Shown here in pieces: positions 37,491 through 48,171 of a DNA stretch of 64,000 nucleotides (position 1 is its first letter; every line of letters begins with the position of its first letter). A program made the translations under genes and the position numbers. Origin of the DNA: an uncultured Candidatus Rokubacteria bacterium (GTDB lineage Bacteria > Methylomirabilota > Methylomirabilia > Rokubacteriales > DASRDR01). The notes beneath the pieces were generated by a model that saw only the letters and a list, made by a program, of their open reading frames with translations, was not told where the DNA came from and searched no databases. Location of the stretch: NCBI GenBank assembly GCA_963826115.1, contig CAWGVS010000005.1, positions 1,120,001-1,184,000 of the forward strand. The letters run 5' to 3'.

Positions 37491-38330
37491 ATGGAGGCAG
37501 CCACGAGCAGGCCGGGACGCGTCGACGCGGGATGGCTCTCCGCCGCGTTCGAGTGGCAGAGCCGGGCGGTGGTGCTCCGCCACCTCCGCGTCCACCTCAA
37601 CAACTGGCACACCGCGTTCCTCCCGCCCGTGTTCGAGCCCGTGGCGATGCTCCTCGCGTTCGGCCTGGGCCTCGGGGGCTACGTGGTAAACCTCGAGTGG
37701 CAGGGGCGCCCGCTTGCCTACCCGACCTTCGTGGCGCCGGGCCTCCTCGCCTACGCCGCGTTCATGACGGCGGTCTTCCAGGCGCTCTTCTCCGCGTTCA
37801 TCCGGATGCGCTATCAGCGGACCTGGGAAGGCCAGCTCACGACACAGGTCGAGCTCCGCCACGTCGTCTGGGGCGAGGTGCTGTGGGCCGCCCTGCTGGC
37901 AACCATCTACGTGGTGATCGTGGCGACGGTGCTGACCCTCTTCACCCTGGTCGGGCTCGTGGAGCTCCGCCTGGCGTGGCTCCCGGCGGTGATCCCCATC
38001 GCCTTCCTCGCGGGGTGCGGGTTCGCCGCCTTCGGCCTCTGCTTCACGGCGCTGGTGCCGACGATCGACCACATGAATCTCCCGGTGTTCCTCGTCGTCA
38101 TCCCGATGGGTCTTCTGTCGGGGACCTACTTCCCCATCACCCATCCCGTCCTCGCCGCGGCCTCGACGGCGAATCCGCTCTACCACCTGGCGCAGACCTA
38201 CCGCGGCATCCTCCTCGGGGGCCCGGTCGCCGCGCACCTCATCCCCCTGGCCCTCCTATCGGCCCTCATGGTCGCCGCGCTCGTCCCGCTCGACCTGCGT
38301 CTTCTGCGGCGCCGGGTTTTGGGTGACTGA
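37491..38330 (+). CDS. ABC-2 exporter permease (NodJ-like)
   Basis: EPV-MLLAFGLGLG, FVAPGL, GEVLWAA, SGTYFP, NPLYH. Confidence 0.9.
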   Translation: MEAATSRPGRVDAGWLSAAFEWQSRAVVLRHLRVHLNNWHTAFLPPVFEPVAMLLAFGLGLGGYVVNLEWQGRPLAYPTFVAPGLLAYAAFMTAVFQALFSAFIRMRYQRTWEGQLTTQVELRHVVWGEVLWAALLATIYVVIVATVLTLFTLVGLVELRLAWLPAVIPIAFLAGCGFAAFGLCFTALVPTIDHMNLPVFLVVIPMGLLSGTYFPITHPVLAAASTANPLYHLAQTYRGILLGGPVAAHLIPLALLSALMVAALVPLDLRLLRRRVLGD

Positions 38331-38389
38331 CGCGCCCCGCGCCGCGGTGACCTTGACCCGCGACGGCGACCAGTGGTAGTCAGGGCGAC

Positions 38390-39205
38390 GTGAAGCTCTC
38401 CGGGAAGGTCGCCCTCGTCACCGGCGCGGCTCGCGGGATCGGTCGCGGGATCGCCCTCGCCCTGGCGAGCGAAGGCGCCCACGTCGCCGCCGCCGACCTC
38501 GGCGTCCCCAACGACGGCGCGATCGGCTACCGGCTCGCGCGGCCGGCCGATCTCGAGGAGACGGTCCGCGCCCTGGAGGGACGCGGGGTCCGCGCCCTCG
38601 GCATCGCCGGGGACGTGACGCAGGCCGGTGACGCCCGCCGCATGGTGGCCGAGACGGTCGCCAGCCTCGGCGGGCTCGACATCCTGGTCAACAATGCCGG
38701 GGTCCTGGTCGGCGGACCCTTCGAGCAGCTCACTGAGGCGCAGTTCGACCGGATGATGGGCGTGAACGTGAAAGGGATGGTCCTGGTCACCCAGGCTGCG
38801 CTGCCGGCGCTTCGCGCGCGTGGCGGGGGCTCCATCGTGAACATCTCGTCCATCTCCGGGAAGACCGGCCGCGCCTTCACCGCAGGCTACGCGGCGTCGA
38901 AGTTCGCGGTCGTGGGCTTGACGCAGGCGCTCGCCCACGAGTTCGGGTCGGCGAACATCCGGGTGAACGCGGTCTGCCCCGGCCTCCTGCGGACCACGAT
39001 GTGGACCGACGGCGTCGCCCCCGCCCGCGCGCCCTCCCTCGGCGTTCCGGTCGACCAGGCCTTCGACACCTTCGTCCGTCAGACGACGCCCCTCGGGCGC
39101 GAACAGACCCCCGAGGACATCGGCGAGGCCGTCGTCTACCTCTGCCGGGCCGAGAACGTCACCGGCGTCGCCCTCAACGTCGCGGGCGGCGTCGAGATGC
39201 ACTGA
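38390..39205 (+). CDS. Short-chain dehydrogenase/reductase
   Basis: TGAARGIG, NNAG, YAASK, NAVCPG. Confidence 0.95.
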   Translation: MKLSGKVALVTGAARGIGRGIALALASEGAHVAAADLGVPNDGAIGYRLARPADLEETVRALEGRGVRALGIAGDVTQAGDARRMVAETVASLGGLDILVNNAGVLVGGPFEQLTEAQFDRMMGVNVKGMVLVTQAALPALRARGGGSIVNISSISGKTGRAFTAGYAASKFAVVGLTQALAHEFGSANIRVNAVCPGLLRTTMWTDGVAPARAPSLGVPVDQAFDTFVRQTTPLGREQTPEDIGEAVVYLCRAENVTGVALNVAGGVEMH

Positions 39206-39371
39206 CCTCGGTCCTGCGCTCGCCCACCCAGCGGGCCTCACGGACGCTCCCCGCCCTTCCGCGTCGAATCGACGCCACTTCGGCTAGAATGGCGCCGCGT
39301 TTGTCCCGCAGCGCTCTGCGCCACCGCATGCCGACACCGGGGAGTCGGGAGGGCAGCATGAAGGCCTGTCG

Positions 39372-42300
39372 ATGAGCCCCGGACCCGCGGAGTACCCGGC
39401 GAGGGTCCGGATCGGCCTCCTGGCCGGCGGCCCGGACGGCCTGGCCCTCCTCCAGCTGCTCCACGGCTGGCTCGCGGCGACGATCGTGTTCGCCGTCGAC
39501 CCCTCGCCCGAGCCGACCGTCCTCCGCGAGGCGCGCGCTCGCGGGATCCCGGCGGCCGCCCGCGCGCTCGAGGTCTTCGAGCAGCTCCCGGTCGACCTCA
39601 TCGTCGACTCCGTCGGGCGGCGTGAAATCGTCGACGTGCTCCTCCGCGCGCGGCGGCCCGGGATCGAGGTCATCGGCCCCGGGAGCGTCCCCTTCCTCCG
39701 GCTCCTCCTCCGTGACCTGACGGAGAGCCTCGAGCAGCAGGCCGCCACCGGCGAAATCCTCCGGGTCATCAGCCAGTCCCCCACCGACGTGCAGCCGGTG
39801 CTGGAAGCCGTCGTCGAGCGCGCCGCACGTCTCTGCAGCGTGCCGGACGCCGAGATCTTCCAGGTGGACGGCGAGGCCCTCCGTCTGGTCGCGAAGATCG
39901 GGCCCCATCCCTTCTGGTCCATCGGGGAGACGGCGCCCCTGAACCGCAACTGGGTGACCGGCCGGTCCGTGGTCGACCGGACCCTGGTCCACGTGCACGA
40001 CCTGTCAGCATCGGAGGCTGAGTTCCCGCAGGGGGCCGCGTACGCGAAGCGGTACGGCCATCGCACCACGCTGGCCACCCCGCTCCTGCGCGAGGGCGTC
40101 CCCATCGGCGCCATCCTCATCCGAGGCATGGAGCTCCGCCCCTTCACCGACAAGCAGATCGCGCTCCTCCAGACCTTCGCCTCCCAGGCGGTCATCGCCA
40201 TCGAGAACGCGCGCCTGTTCCGGGAGCTCGGCACCAGGAACCGCGACCTCACCGAGGCCCTCGACCAGCAGACCGCCACCGGCGAGATCCTCCGCGTGAT
40301 CTCGAGCTCTCCCACCGACACCCAGCCCGTCTTCGACACCATTGCCCACAGCGCGGCACGCCTCTGCGAGGCGCAGTTCGCCTTCGTCTTCCGGTTCGAC
40401 GGAACGCTCCTCCACTTCGCCGCGCACCACGGCCTCACGGCCGAGGGCCTCGGGGCCCTGCGCCGCGCGTGGCCGCTCGCGCCGGACTCCGGCACCGCCG
40501 CGGGACGGTCGGTTCTCCGCCGCACCATCGCGCACATCCCCGACGTGTTCGCGGAGCCTGGCTACGCGCACGGCACCGTCGCGCAGGTCGCCACCTTCCG
40601 GAGCGTCGTGGCGGTGCCGATGCTCCGCGACGGCGTGCCCATCGGGACGATCACCCTGAACCGGTCGCAGACCGGGCCGTTCTCCGACCGCCAGATCGCG
40701 CTGCTCCAGACCTTCGCCGACCAGGCGGTCATCGCCATCGAGAACGTCCGCCTCTTCACGGAGCTCGAGGCCAAGAATCGCGACCTCACCGAGACCCTCG
40801 AGCAGCAGACCGCAACCGGGGAGATCCTCCGCGTCATCTCGCGCTCGCCCACCGACGTCCAGCCGGTCTTCGACACGATCGTCGAGAGCGCGGTCCGGCT
40901 CTGTGACGGCCTATCGGCGACGGTCTACCGATTCGACGGCACGCTGATCCACGTCAGCGCGCAGGACCGCAGCGTCGCGCCCGAGGCGCGTGAAGCGTTC
41001 CGGCAACGGTACCCGGCGCCGCCGAGCCGGACGAGCGTGGTCGCCGAGGCAATCCTCGACCGGAAGGTCATCCACGTCCGCGATTTCGCGTCCGACCCGG
41101 GCATCATGCCCGCAAGCCTGGAGATGGCGCGGGCCATCGGCCACCGGAGCCTGCTCGCCGTGCCGATGCTTCGGGACGGCGCGCCCATCGGCGCCATCGC
41201 CGTCGGGCGACGGTCACCGGATATGGGCCCTCGCCCGTTCTCCGAGCGCGAGATCTCGCTGCTCCAAACCTTCGCCGATCAGGCGGTCATCGCGATCGAG
41301 AACGTCCGGCTCTTCACCGAGCTGGAGGTCCGCAACCACGACCTGACCGAGACCCTCGAGCAGCAGACCGCCACCGGCGAGATCCTCCGCGTCATCTCGA
41401 GGTCGCCCACCGACGTCCAGCCGGTCTTCGACGCGATCGCGGGAAGCGCCGCCCGGCTGTGTGGAGCCGAGCTCGCCTGGGTGTTCCGCTACGACGGCCA
41501 TCGTCTTCACTTCGCCGCGCACCACGGTCTGTCAGCCGCCGGACTGGAGGCGGTCCAATCGGTCTATCCCATGACGCCCGGGCGGGGAAGCGCCGCCGCG
41601 CGATCGATCGTGAGCGGCGCCGTCCAGCACATCCCGGACGTCCACGAGGACCCCGACTACGCGCACGGAGCGACCGCGACGGTGATGACCTACCGCGCCA
41701 TCGTGGCGGTGCCGATGCTGCGGGAGGGGATTCCCGTCGGGACCATCGCCGTCGGTCGCGGCAGCACCGGGCTCTTCCCCGACCGGCAGATCGACCTCCT
41801 GAAGACGTTCGCGGACCAGGCGGTCATCGCCATCGAGAACGTCCGCCTGTTCCGCGAGCTCGAAGTCCGCAACCGCGACCTCACCGAGACCCTCGAGCAG
41901 CAGACCGCCACCGGCGAGATCCTCCGCGTCATCTCGAGCTCCCCCACCGACGTCCAGCCGGTCTTCGAGGCCATCGCCCGGGCCGCAGCAACCCTGTGCG
42001 AGGCCGATCTGTCCGGACTCTATCCGTTCGACGGTAGCCTCATTCACATCGGGGCGATGCACGGCCGGACGCCGGAAGAGATCGACGCCGCCCGGCGGGC
42101 CTTCCCACATCCGCCGAGCCGCCTCAGCATTACCGCGCGGGCGATCCTGGCCGCGGCCGTCGTCCAGGTCGCCGACATCAGCGAGGACCCGGAGATCGCC
42201 GACGCGCTCCGCATCTATCGGACCATCCTCGCCGTCCCAATGATCCGGGACGCCCGGCCAATCGGGGCCATCACGGTGGGACGGCGAGCCGTCCGGCCGT

Positions 42301-45300
42301 TTTCCGACAAGCAGATCAAGCTCCTCGAGACCTTCGCCGACCAGGCCGTCATCGCCATCGAGAACGTCCGTCTGTTCACCGAGCTAGAGGCGCGGAACCA
42401 CGACCTCACCGAGACTCTCGAGCAGCAAACGGCCACCGGCGAGATCCTGCGCGTCATCTCGAGCTCCCCGACCGACGTCCAGCCCGTCTTCGACGCGATC
42501 GTCGACAGCGCGGTCAGACTGTGCGACGCGTCCTTCGGCGGGGTGCTCCGCTTCGATGGCGAGCACATGCACATCGCCGCCGTGCACAACGTGGACCCGG
42601 AGCGGCTGGAGGTCTTCAACCGCCTGTTCCCGATGCGGCCGACGAGAGACATCGCCATAGGGCGCGCCATCCTGGATCGAGCGGTCGTCCATTTCGAGGA
42701 CGTGCTCAAGGAGCCGTCGAACCCGCTCCGAGACGCTTCGCGAACGGCGCTCGGCTACCGGGCTTGGCTGACCGTGCCCATGCTGAGAGACGAGACGCCG
42801 CTGGGGGTCATCTTCTGCTGGCGACCCGACCCGCGAGCGTTCACGTCGAAACAGGTCGCGCTCGTCCAGACCTTCGCCGACCAGGCCGTCATCGCCATCG
42901 AGAACGTCCGGCTCTTCACGGAGCTGGAGGTCCGCAACCGCGACCTGACCGAGACCCTCGAGCAGCAGACCGCCACCGGCGAGATCCTGCGCGTCATCTC
43001 GAGCTCTCCGACCGACGCCCAGCCCGTCTTCGACACCATCGCCCGCAGCGCGGCGCGGCTCTGCGAGGGGCAGTACGCGTTCGTCTTCCGGTACGACGAC
43101 GATCTCCTCCACCTGGCCGCTCATCACGGGCTGACGCCCGAGGGGTACGAGGCGTTCCGGAAGGCCTGGCCGATGCGCCCGAGCCCCGGCAGCGCGGCCG
43201 GACGGTCGATCCTGACCCGCGGCATCGCGCACATCCCGGACGTCCAGGCGGACCCGGGCTACGTGCTCAGCGCGGTGGCGGACCTCGCCTCGTATCGCAG
43301 CACCGTGGCCGTGCCGATGGTGCGCGAGGGCATCCCGATCGGCACCATCAACGTCTCGCGGTCGCAGGCCGGCCCGTTCTCGGAACGGCAGGTCGGTCTC
43401 CTCCAGACGTTCGCCGACCAGGCCGTCATCGCCATCGAGAACGTCCGCCTCTTCCAGGAGCTGCAGGCGCGGACATCCGAGCTGACCCGCTCCGTCGGCG
43501 AGCTCCAGGCGCTGGGCGAGGTCAGCCAGGCCGTGAGCTCCACGCTCGACCTCGAGACCGTCCTCGCCACCATCGTGAGCCGCGCGATCCAACTCGCCGG
43601 CAGCGATTCCGGCATCGTGTACGAGTTCGACGAGGCTGCCCAGGCCTTCCACGTGATGGCCACGCACCACGTCACCCCGGAGCACCTGGCCGCCCTCCGG
43701 ACCGCGCCCATCCGCCTCGGCGAGGGCGCGATCGGTCGTGCCGGCGTGACCCGGGCGGCCGTCCAGGTGGCCGACATCGAGCGGGAGTGGGAGCTGGTGG
43801 CGCCCCAGGTGCGCCAGCTCCTCGTCCGGGACGGGACGCACTCGCTCGTGGCGATCCCGCTCGTCCGCGAGGAGCGGCTCCTCGGGGGCCTCGTGATCCT
43901 CCGCCACCAGCGAGGCGCCTTCTCCCCGGAGATCGTGGCCACGCTCCAGACGCTCGCGGCCCAGTCCGTGATCGCGATCCAGAACGCCCGGCTCTTCCGC
44001 GAGATCGACGCGAAGGGCCGCGAGCTCGAGAACCTCTCCCAGAACATGGAGCAGCTCTACCGGCTCTCCACCGCGCTCCAGGAGCCGCTCTCGCTCGGCG
44101 AGCAGCTCACGCGCGTGCTCGACGCCGCCCGGCAGGTCGTCCGGCTCGACCGGCTCCACGTCTGGACCCTCACGCCGGCGGGCGACGCGCTCGCGCTCGG
44201 CGCCGGCGCGGGCCTCACGCCGGAGGAATGGCAGCCGCTGGAAGGCCTGACGATTCCTCTCCCGGAGGCCGGCGCGCTGGCCGCGGCGTGTCGGGACCGC
44301 ACACCCCTGCTCTTCAACGACCAGCATCCCCTGCCGCCAGAGCTCCGGCTCCGGCCGCCCTACTCGACCCTCACCGCCCTCCGCACGAAGAACATCCTCG
44401 TGGTCCCGATGATCGCCCGCGGCCGCCCGGTCGGGGTCCTCTCCGCCGACAACCGAGTGAGCCGCGAGCCGATCCCGCCGCCCACCGTCGACCTCCTCCA
44501 GACGTTCGCGTCCCAGGCGGCCGTCGCGGTGGAGAACGCCAGGCTCTTCCAGGAGATCCAGGACAAAGGCAAGGAGCTCGAGGTGGCGAGCCGCCACAAG
44601 TCGCAGTTCCTGGCGAACATGAGCCACGAGCTCCGGACCCCGCTCAATGCGATCATCGGCGTCACGGAAATGCTCCTCGAGGACGCGCAGGCGGCGGCCC
44701 AGCCCGACCAGATCGAGGCGCACGAGCGCATCCTCCGGGCCGGCCGGCACCTCCTGGCCCTCATCAACGACATCCTCGACCTCTCAAAGATCGAGGCGGG
44801 GAAGCTCGAGCTCTCGCTGGAGAGCGTCGCCGTCGGGCCGATGGTCGAGGACGTCGTGTCGACCATCCGGCAGCTCGCCCAGAAGAACGGCAACCAGGTG
44901 GTGGCCGAGTGTCCCGCCGACGTGGGCGCGATCCGCGCGGACCCCACGCGTCTCCGCCAGTCCCTGCTCAATCTCGCGAGCAACGCCAGCAAGTTCACCG
45001 AGCGCGGGATCGTCCGGGTCGAGGCAAAGCGGACGCCGGACGAGGGCGGCCGCGAGTGGGTCACCATGGCGGTCTCGGACACCGGCATCGGCATGACCGC
45101 GGAGCAGATGGGCCGGCTGTTCGAGGACTTCACCCAGGCCGACGCGTCGACGACGCGGAAGTACGGGGGGACCGGGCTCGGGCTGGCGATCAGCCGGCGG
45201 CTGTGCCGCATGATGGGCGGCGACATCACGGTGGCCAGCACGCCGGGACAGGGCTCCACCTTCACCATCCGCCTTCCCGCGGACCTCCAGGCCCCCCTGC

Positions 45301-46127
45301 CGGCCGACGCGGCGCCCGCCGTCCGGCCGCGCGTCGCTTCCCCGGCGGCGCCCGAGCGCCCGAGGACATCGGCGCGGACCGTGCTCGTCATCGACGACGA
45401 TCCGACCGTGCGCGACCTCATGGAGCGCTTCCTCGCCAAGCAGGGGTTCTCCGTGGTCACGGCCGCCAGCGGGCTGGACGGCCTACGACTGGCCCGCGAG
45501 GTACGCCCCGCCGCGATCACGCTCGACGTGATGATGCCGGACCTCGACGGCTGGACCGTGCTCGCCGCGCTCAAGGGGGACCCGACCCTGGCGGGCATCC
45601 CGGTCATCGTCGTGACCATCGTCGACGAGAAGAGCCGCGGCTACTCGCTCGGGGCGACCGACTACATGGTGAAGCCCATCGACCGCGACCGACTGGCCGG
45701 CGTCCTCCGGCAGCTCTGCGGCGACCGGCCGACGCCGCACGTCCTGGTGGTGGACGACGACCCCGCGGTGCGCGCGGTCATCACCCAGACGCTCGAGCGC
45801 GCCGGGTGGTCCATCGGCGAAGCAGAGAACGGCCGCATCGCGCTCCAGCGGGTCGCGGCGAAACGCCCCGATGCGATCGTCCTGGACCTCCTGATGCCGG
45901 AGCTGAACGGCTTCGAGTTCCTCGCCGCGCTCCGACGCGACCCCGCCTGGCGCGGCATCCCGGTGGTGGTCCTCACGTCGATGGACCTCAGCGCCGAGGA
46001 CCGGCGCATCCTCAACGGCTCCGTCGAGCGGATTCTCGAGAAGGGCGCCTGGGATCGCGAGCAGCTCCTGGCCGAGATCGGGCGCGCCCTTGCGGGCATC
46101 GCCCCCGCGGGCGGAGATCCCCGGTGA
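39372..46127 (+). CDS. Cytoplasmic hybrid histidine kinase: N-terminal Rossmann-like domain, 9 GAF, HisKA, HATPase, 2 REC
   Basis: Nine units ending in A(V)IAIEN(V/A)RLF-type motifs; [32 protein letters not shown]; two receivers (LDVMMP, LDLLMP); no TM segment. Confidence 0.95.
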   Translation: MSPGPAEYPARVRIGLLAGGPDGLALLQLLHGWLAATIVFAVDPSPEPTVLREARARGIPAAARALEVFEQLPVDLIVDSVGRREIVDVLLRARRPGIEVIGPGSVPFLRLLLRDLTESLEQQAATGEILRVISQSPTDVQPVLEAVVERAARLCSVPDAEIFQVDGEALRLVAKIGPHPFWSIGETAPLNRNWVTGRSVVDRTLVHVHDLSASEAEFPQGAAYAKRYGHRTTLATPLLREGVPIGAILIRGMELRPFTDKQIALLQTFASQAVIAIENARLFRELGTRNRDLTEALDQQTATGEILRVISSSPTDTQPVFDTIAHSAARLCEAQFAFVFRFDGTLLHFAAHHGLTAEGLGALRRAWPLAPDSGTAAGRSVLRRTIAHIPDVFAEPGYAHGTVAQVATFRSVVAVPMLRDGVPIGTITLNRSQTGPFSDRQIALLQTFADQAVIAIENVRLFTELEAKNRDLTETLEQQTATGEILRVISRSPTDVQPVFDTIVESAVRLCDGLSATVYRFDGTLIHVSAQDRSVAPEAREAFRQRYPAPPSRTSVVAEAILDRKVIHVRDFASDPGIMPASLEMARAIGHRSLLAVPMLRDGAPIGAIAVGRRSPDMGPRPFSEREISLLQTFADQAVIAIENVRLFTELEVRNHDLTETLEQQTATGEILRVISRSPTDVQPVFDAIAGSAARLCGAELAWVFRYDGHRLHFAAHHGLSAAGLEAVQSVYPMTPGRGSAAARSIVSGAVQHIPDVHEDPDYAHGATATVMTYRAIVAVPMLREGIPVGTIAVGRGSTGLFPDRQIDLLKTFADQAVIAIENVRLFRELEVRNRDLTETLEQQTATGEILRVISSSPTDVQPVFEAIARAAATLCEADLSGLYPFDGSLIHIGAMHGRTPEEIDAARRAFPHPPSRLSITARAILAAAVVQVADISEDPEIADALRIYRTILAVPMIRDARPIGAITVGRRAVRPFSDKQIKLLETFADQAVIAIENVRLFTELEARNHDLTETLEQQTATGEILRVISSSPTDVQPVFDAIVDSAVRLCDASFGGVLRFDGEHMHIAAVHNVDPERLEVFNRLFPMRPTRDIAIGRAILDRAVVHFEDVLKEPSNPLRDASRTALGYRAWLTVPMLRDETPLGVIFCWRPDPRAFTSKQVALVQTFADQAVIAIENVRLFTELEVRNRDLTETLEQQTATGEILRVISSSPTDAQPVFDTIARSAARLCEGQYAFVFRYDDDLLHLAAHHGLTPEGYEAFRKAWPMRPSPGSAAGRSILTRGIAHIPDVQADPGYVLSAVADLASYRSTVAVPMVREGIPIGTINVSRSQAGPFSERQVGLLQTFADQAVIAIENVRLFQELQARTSELTRSVGELQALGEVSQAVSSTLDLETVLATIVSRAIQLAGSDSGIVYEFDEAAQAFHVMATHHVTPEHLAALRTAPIRLGEGAIGRAGVTRAAVQVADIEREWELVAPQVRQLLVRDGTHSLVAIPLVREERLLGGLVILRHQRGAFSPEIVATLQTLAAQSVIAIQNARLFREIDAKGRELENLSQNMEQLYRLSTALQEPLSLGEQLTRVLDAARQVVRLDRLHVWTLTPAGDALALGAGAGLTPEEWQPLEGLTIPLPEAGALAAACRDRTPLLFNDQHPLPPELRLRPPYSTLTALRTKNILVVPMIARGRPVGVLSADNRVSREPIPPPTVDLLQTFASQAAVAVENARLFQEIQDKGKELEVASRHKSQFLANMSHELRTPLNAIIGVTEMLLEDAQAAAQPDQIEAHERILRAGRHLLALINDILDLSKIEAGKLELSLESVAVGPMVEDVVSTIRQLAQKNGNQVVAECPADVGAIRADPTRLRQSLLNLASNASKFTERGIVRVEAKRTPDEGGREWVTMAVSDTGIGMTAEQMGRLFEDFTQADASTTRKYGGTGLGLAISRRLCRMMGGDITVASTPGQGSTFTIRLPADLQAPLPADAAPAVRPRVASPAAPERPRTSARTVLVIDDDPTVRDLMERFLAKQGFSVVTAASGLDGLRLAREVRPAAITLDVMMPDLDGWTVLAALKGDPTLAGIPVIVVTIVDEKSRGYSLGATDYMVKPIDRDRLAGVLRQLCGDRPTPHVLVVDDDPAVRAVITQTLERAGWSIGEAENGRIALQRVAAKRPDAIVLDLLMPELNGFEFLAALRRDPAWRGIPVVVLTSMDLSAEDRRILNGSVERILEKGAWDREQLLAEIGRALAGIAPAGGDPR
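40170..43465 (+). repeat. Dispersed 168-bp near-identical direct repeats encoding the inter-GAF linker
   Basis: Full copies at 40170-40337, 40707-40874, 41265-41432, 41802-41969, 42327-42494, 42867-43034; partial copies at about 39712-39800 and 43404-43465; periods 537, 558, 537, 525, 540, 537 bp. Confidence 0.92.
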
Positions 46128-46501
46128 CCAAGATCCTCTACGTCGAGGACAACGACGACAACGTCTACATGCTCCGCAACCGGCTGACGCGCGCGGGGTT
46201 CGGCGTCGTCGTGGCGGGCGACGGCGCGCAGGGCGTCCGGATGGCCGAGACGGAGGCGCCCGCCCTCATCCTGATGGACCTGAGCCTTCCGGTCCTGGAC
46301 GGGTGGGAGGCCACGCGGCAGCTGAAGGCCGCGGCGGCGACCGGCGGGATCCCCGTCATCGCGCTCTCCGCCCACGCCATGGAGGGTGAGCGCGACCGCG
46401 CCCTCGCGGCCGGCTGCGACGACTTCGACACCAAGCCGGTGGACTTCCCGCGGCTTCTCGAGAAGATCCGGACGCTCCTCGCAAAGACCTCGAAGGCATG
46501 A
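46124..46501 (+). CDS. Single-domain response regulator (DivK-like)
   Basis: [36 protein letters not shown]; GTGA overlap. Confidence 0.93.
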   Translation: MTKILYVEDNDDNVYMLRNRLTRAGFGVVVAGDGAQGVRMAETEAPALILMDLSLPVLDGWEATRQLKAAAATGGIPVIALSAHAMEGERDRALAAGCDDFDTKPVDFPRLLEKIRTLLAKTSKA

Positions 46502-47604
46502 GCCCGGACGGGCCCGCGCTGCTCCTGGTCGACGACAACGAGGACAACCTCTACACGCTGACCCAGCGTCTCCGCCGCGAGGGCTACACCAACCTCACGT
46601 CCGGCCGGAACGGCCGCGAGGCGCTCGAGCTCCTCCGGTCACGGCCCTTCGACCTCGTTCTGCTAGACGTCATGATGCCCGAGCTGAACGGCTACCAGGT
46701 CCTGGAGGAGCTGAAGGCCGACGAGCGCCTCCGCGGCGTCCCGATCATCATGATCTCGGCGGTGGACGAGCTCGAGAGCGTCATCCGATGCATCGAGCTC
46801 GGCGCGGCAGACTACCTCTCGAAGCCCTTCAACCCCGTCCTGCTGCGGGCCCGGGTCGCCGCCTGCCTCGAGAAGAAGCACCTCCACGATCAGATGGTCG
46901 CGTGGAACCAGACGCTGGAGCAGCGGGTCCGCGAGAAGGTCGCCGAGGTCGAGCGGCTGGGCCGCCTGAAGCGGTTCTTCTCGCCGCACCTCGCCGAGCT
47001 CATCGTGGCCGGGGGCGCCGAGGACCCGCTCAAGACCCACCGTCGCCAGATCACCGTCGTGTTCCTGGACCTCCGCGGCTTCTCGACCTTCGCCGAGACG
47101 ACCGAGCCGGAGGAGGTCATGAGCGTCCTCCACGAGTACCACGCGGCCATGGGCGAGCTGGTCCTCGAGCACGAGGGGACGCTCGAGCGGTTCACCGGCG
47201 ACGGGATGATGATCTTCTTCAACGACCCGGTGCCCGTGCCGCAGCCCGCCGAGCGCGCGATCCGGATGGCCATGGCCATGCGAGACCGGGTACAGCGCCT
47301 GAGCGCGGGGTGGCGCAAGCGCGGCCACGATCTCGGGCTGGGCGTCGGCATCGCCGAGGGCTACGCGACGATCGGCGCCATCGGCTACGAGGGCCGGTGG
47401 GACTACGGCGCCATCGGCACCGTGACGAACCTGGCGGCGCGACTGTGCGGAGAGGCGAAATCCGGGCAGATCCTCGTGTCTCGTCGCGTGGCCGGCATCG
47501 TCGAGGCCGACGTCGAGCTCGAGCCGGTCGGGACCCTCACGCTCAAGGGGTTCCTGAAGCCGGTCGAGGCGTTCAACGTCCTTCGACCCAAGGCCGGAGG
47601 CTGA
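46498..47604 (+). CDS. Response regulator fused to a class III nucleotide cyclase
   Basis: REC (LLDVMMP), FLDLRGFS, ERFTGDG, TNLAARL, LKGF; ATGA overlap. Confidence 0.93.
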   Translation: MSPDGPALLLVDDNEDNLYTLTQRLRREGYTNLTSGRNGREALELLRSRPFDLVLLDVMMPELNGYQVLEELKADERLRGVPIIMISAVDELESVIRCIELGAADYLSKPFNPVLLRARVAACLEKKHLHDQMVAWNQTLEQRVREKVAEVERLGRLKRFFSPHLAELIVAGGAEDPLKTHRRQITVVFLDLRGFSTFAETTEPEEVMSVLHEYHAAMGELVLEHEGTLERFTGDGMMIFFNDPVPVPQPAERAIRMAMAMRDRVQRLSAGWRKRGHDLGLGVGIAEGYATIGAIGYEGRWDYGAIGTVTNLAARLCGEAKSGQILVSRRVAGIVEADVELEPVGTLTLKGFLKPVEAFNVLRPKAGG

Positions 47605-47616
47605 CCGCCGCCCCCG

Positions 47617-48099
47617 TCAGGCGAGTAGCGCCTGCCTGAGCCGAGCGCGGCGCCCGGCCGCCGCATCCGCCACCGCTGGCCACGCGATCGCGATCCCGCT
47701 CGCGAGCCGCACCCCCGCCTCTTCCCCCTCGGCCCGGTCCTCCAGGACGTCGTGGACCACGAGCTCGAAGCGATCGAGCTCGGGCGCTTCGCCCACGCCG
47801 CGCAGGGCCAGCGCCTCCACCTTCACGTAAAGACAGAGCCCCGCGTCCGCGAACACGAGGGTGGCGCGACCGGACTCCCGGAGGTGTCGGCTCGAGCGGG
47901 AGCCGCGGTGAAGCGCGAGTCGAAGTCGCGCGGCGTCCAGCGCGAGGACCTCCGCGTACGAGACCAGCGCGGGGTGAGGCCACCCGTACGGGTCGATCGT
48001 CGACAGCACGATGGCGAGGTTGGCGGGCGCCGCCGCGGCCGGCCCCATGAGGCGGGCGAGAAGGGCGTCAGGAAGGGTCGCGCCGAGCGATCGTGTCAC
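47617..48099 (-). CDS. Pyridoxamine 5'-phosphate oxidase-like split-barrel protein
   Basis: LSTIDPYGWPHPALVS, SRSSRHL...ATLVF; TATACT 7 nt before GTG. Confidence 0.75.
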   Translation of the reverse strand: MTRSLGATLPDALLARLMGPAAAAPANLAIVLSTIDPYGWPHPALVSYAEVLALDAARLRLALHRGSRSSRHLRESGRATLVFADAGLCLYVKVEALALRGVGEAPELDRFELVVHDVLEDRAEGEEAGVRLASGIAIAWPAVADAAAGRRARLRQALLA

Positions 48100-48117
48100 C
48101 CCTGGGAGTATAGACGC

Positions 48118-48149
48118 GCCAGGCCGGGCGGCACCCCGCCCGGCCTGGC
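48118..48149. terminator. Strong hairpin downstream of glnA
   Basis: GCCAGGCCGGGCGG / CCGCCCGGCCTGGC 14-bp perfect stem with a 4-nt loop. Confidence 0.65.
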
Positions 48150-48171
48150 ATGGCGACAGCTCGGCGATCGG

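Noticed and set aside
40170-43465. CRISPR array, integron or DGR reading of the repeat/variable pattern
   Set aside because: Repeats are 168 bp, protein-coding and in frame; no cas, integrase or reverse transcriptase gene in the window; variation is not adenine-specific
39712-44580. Cyanobacteriochrome or phytochrome photosensor array
   Set aside because: No bilin-binding CH motif or DIP/DXCF motif in the GAF cores, and no bilin synthesis genes nearby
42521-46501. Long overlapping or antisense ORFs (e.g. 1326 aa here, 994 aa at 33584-36568, 757 aa at 2252-4525)
   Set aside because: Arg/Pro/Gly-rich shadow frames expected at this GC content; only their terminal parts match real genes where noted
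46498-47604. Pycsar anti-phage system
   Set aside because: No adjacent cNMP-TM or cNMP-TIR effector; the cyclase is receiver-fused in a phosphorelay operon outside any defence-island context
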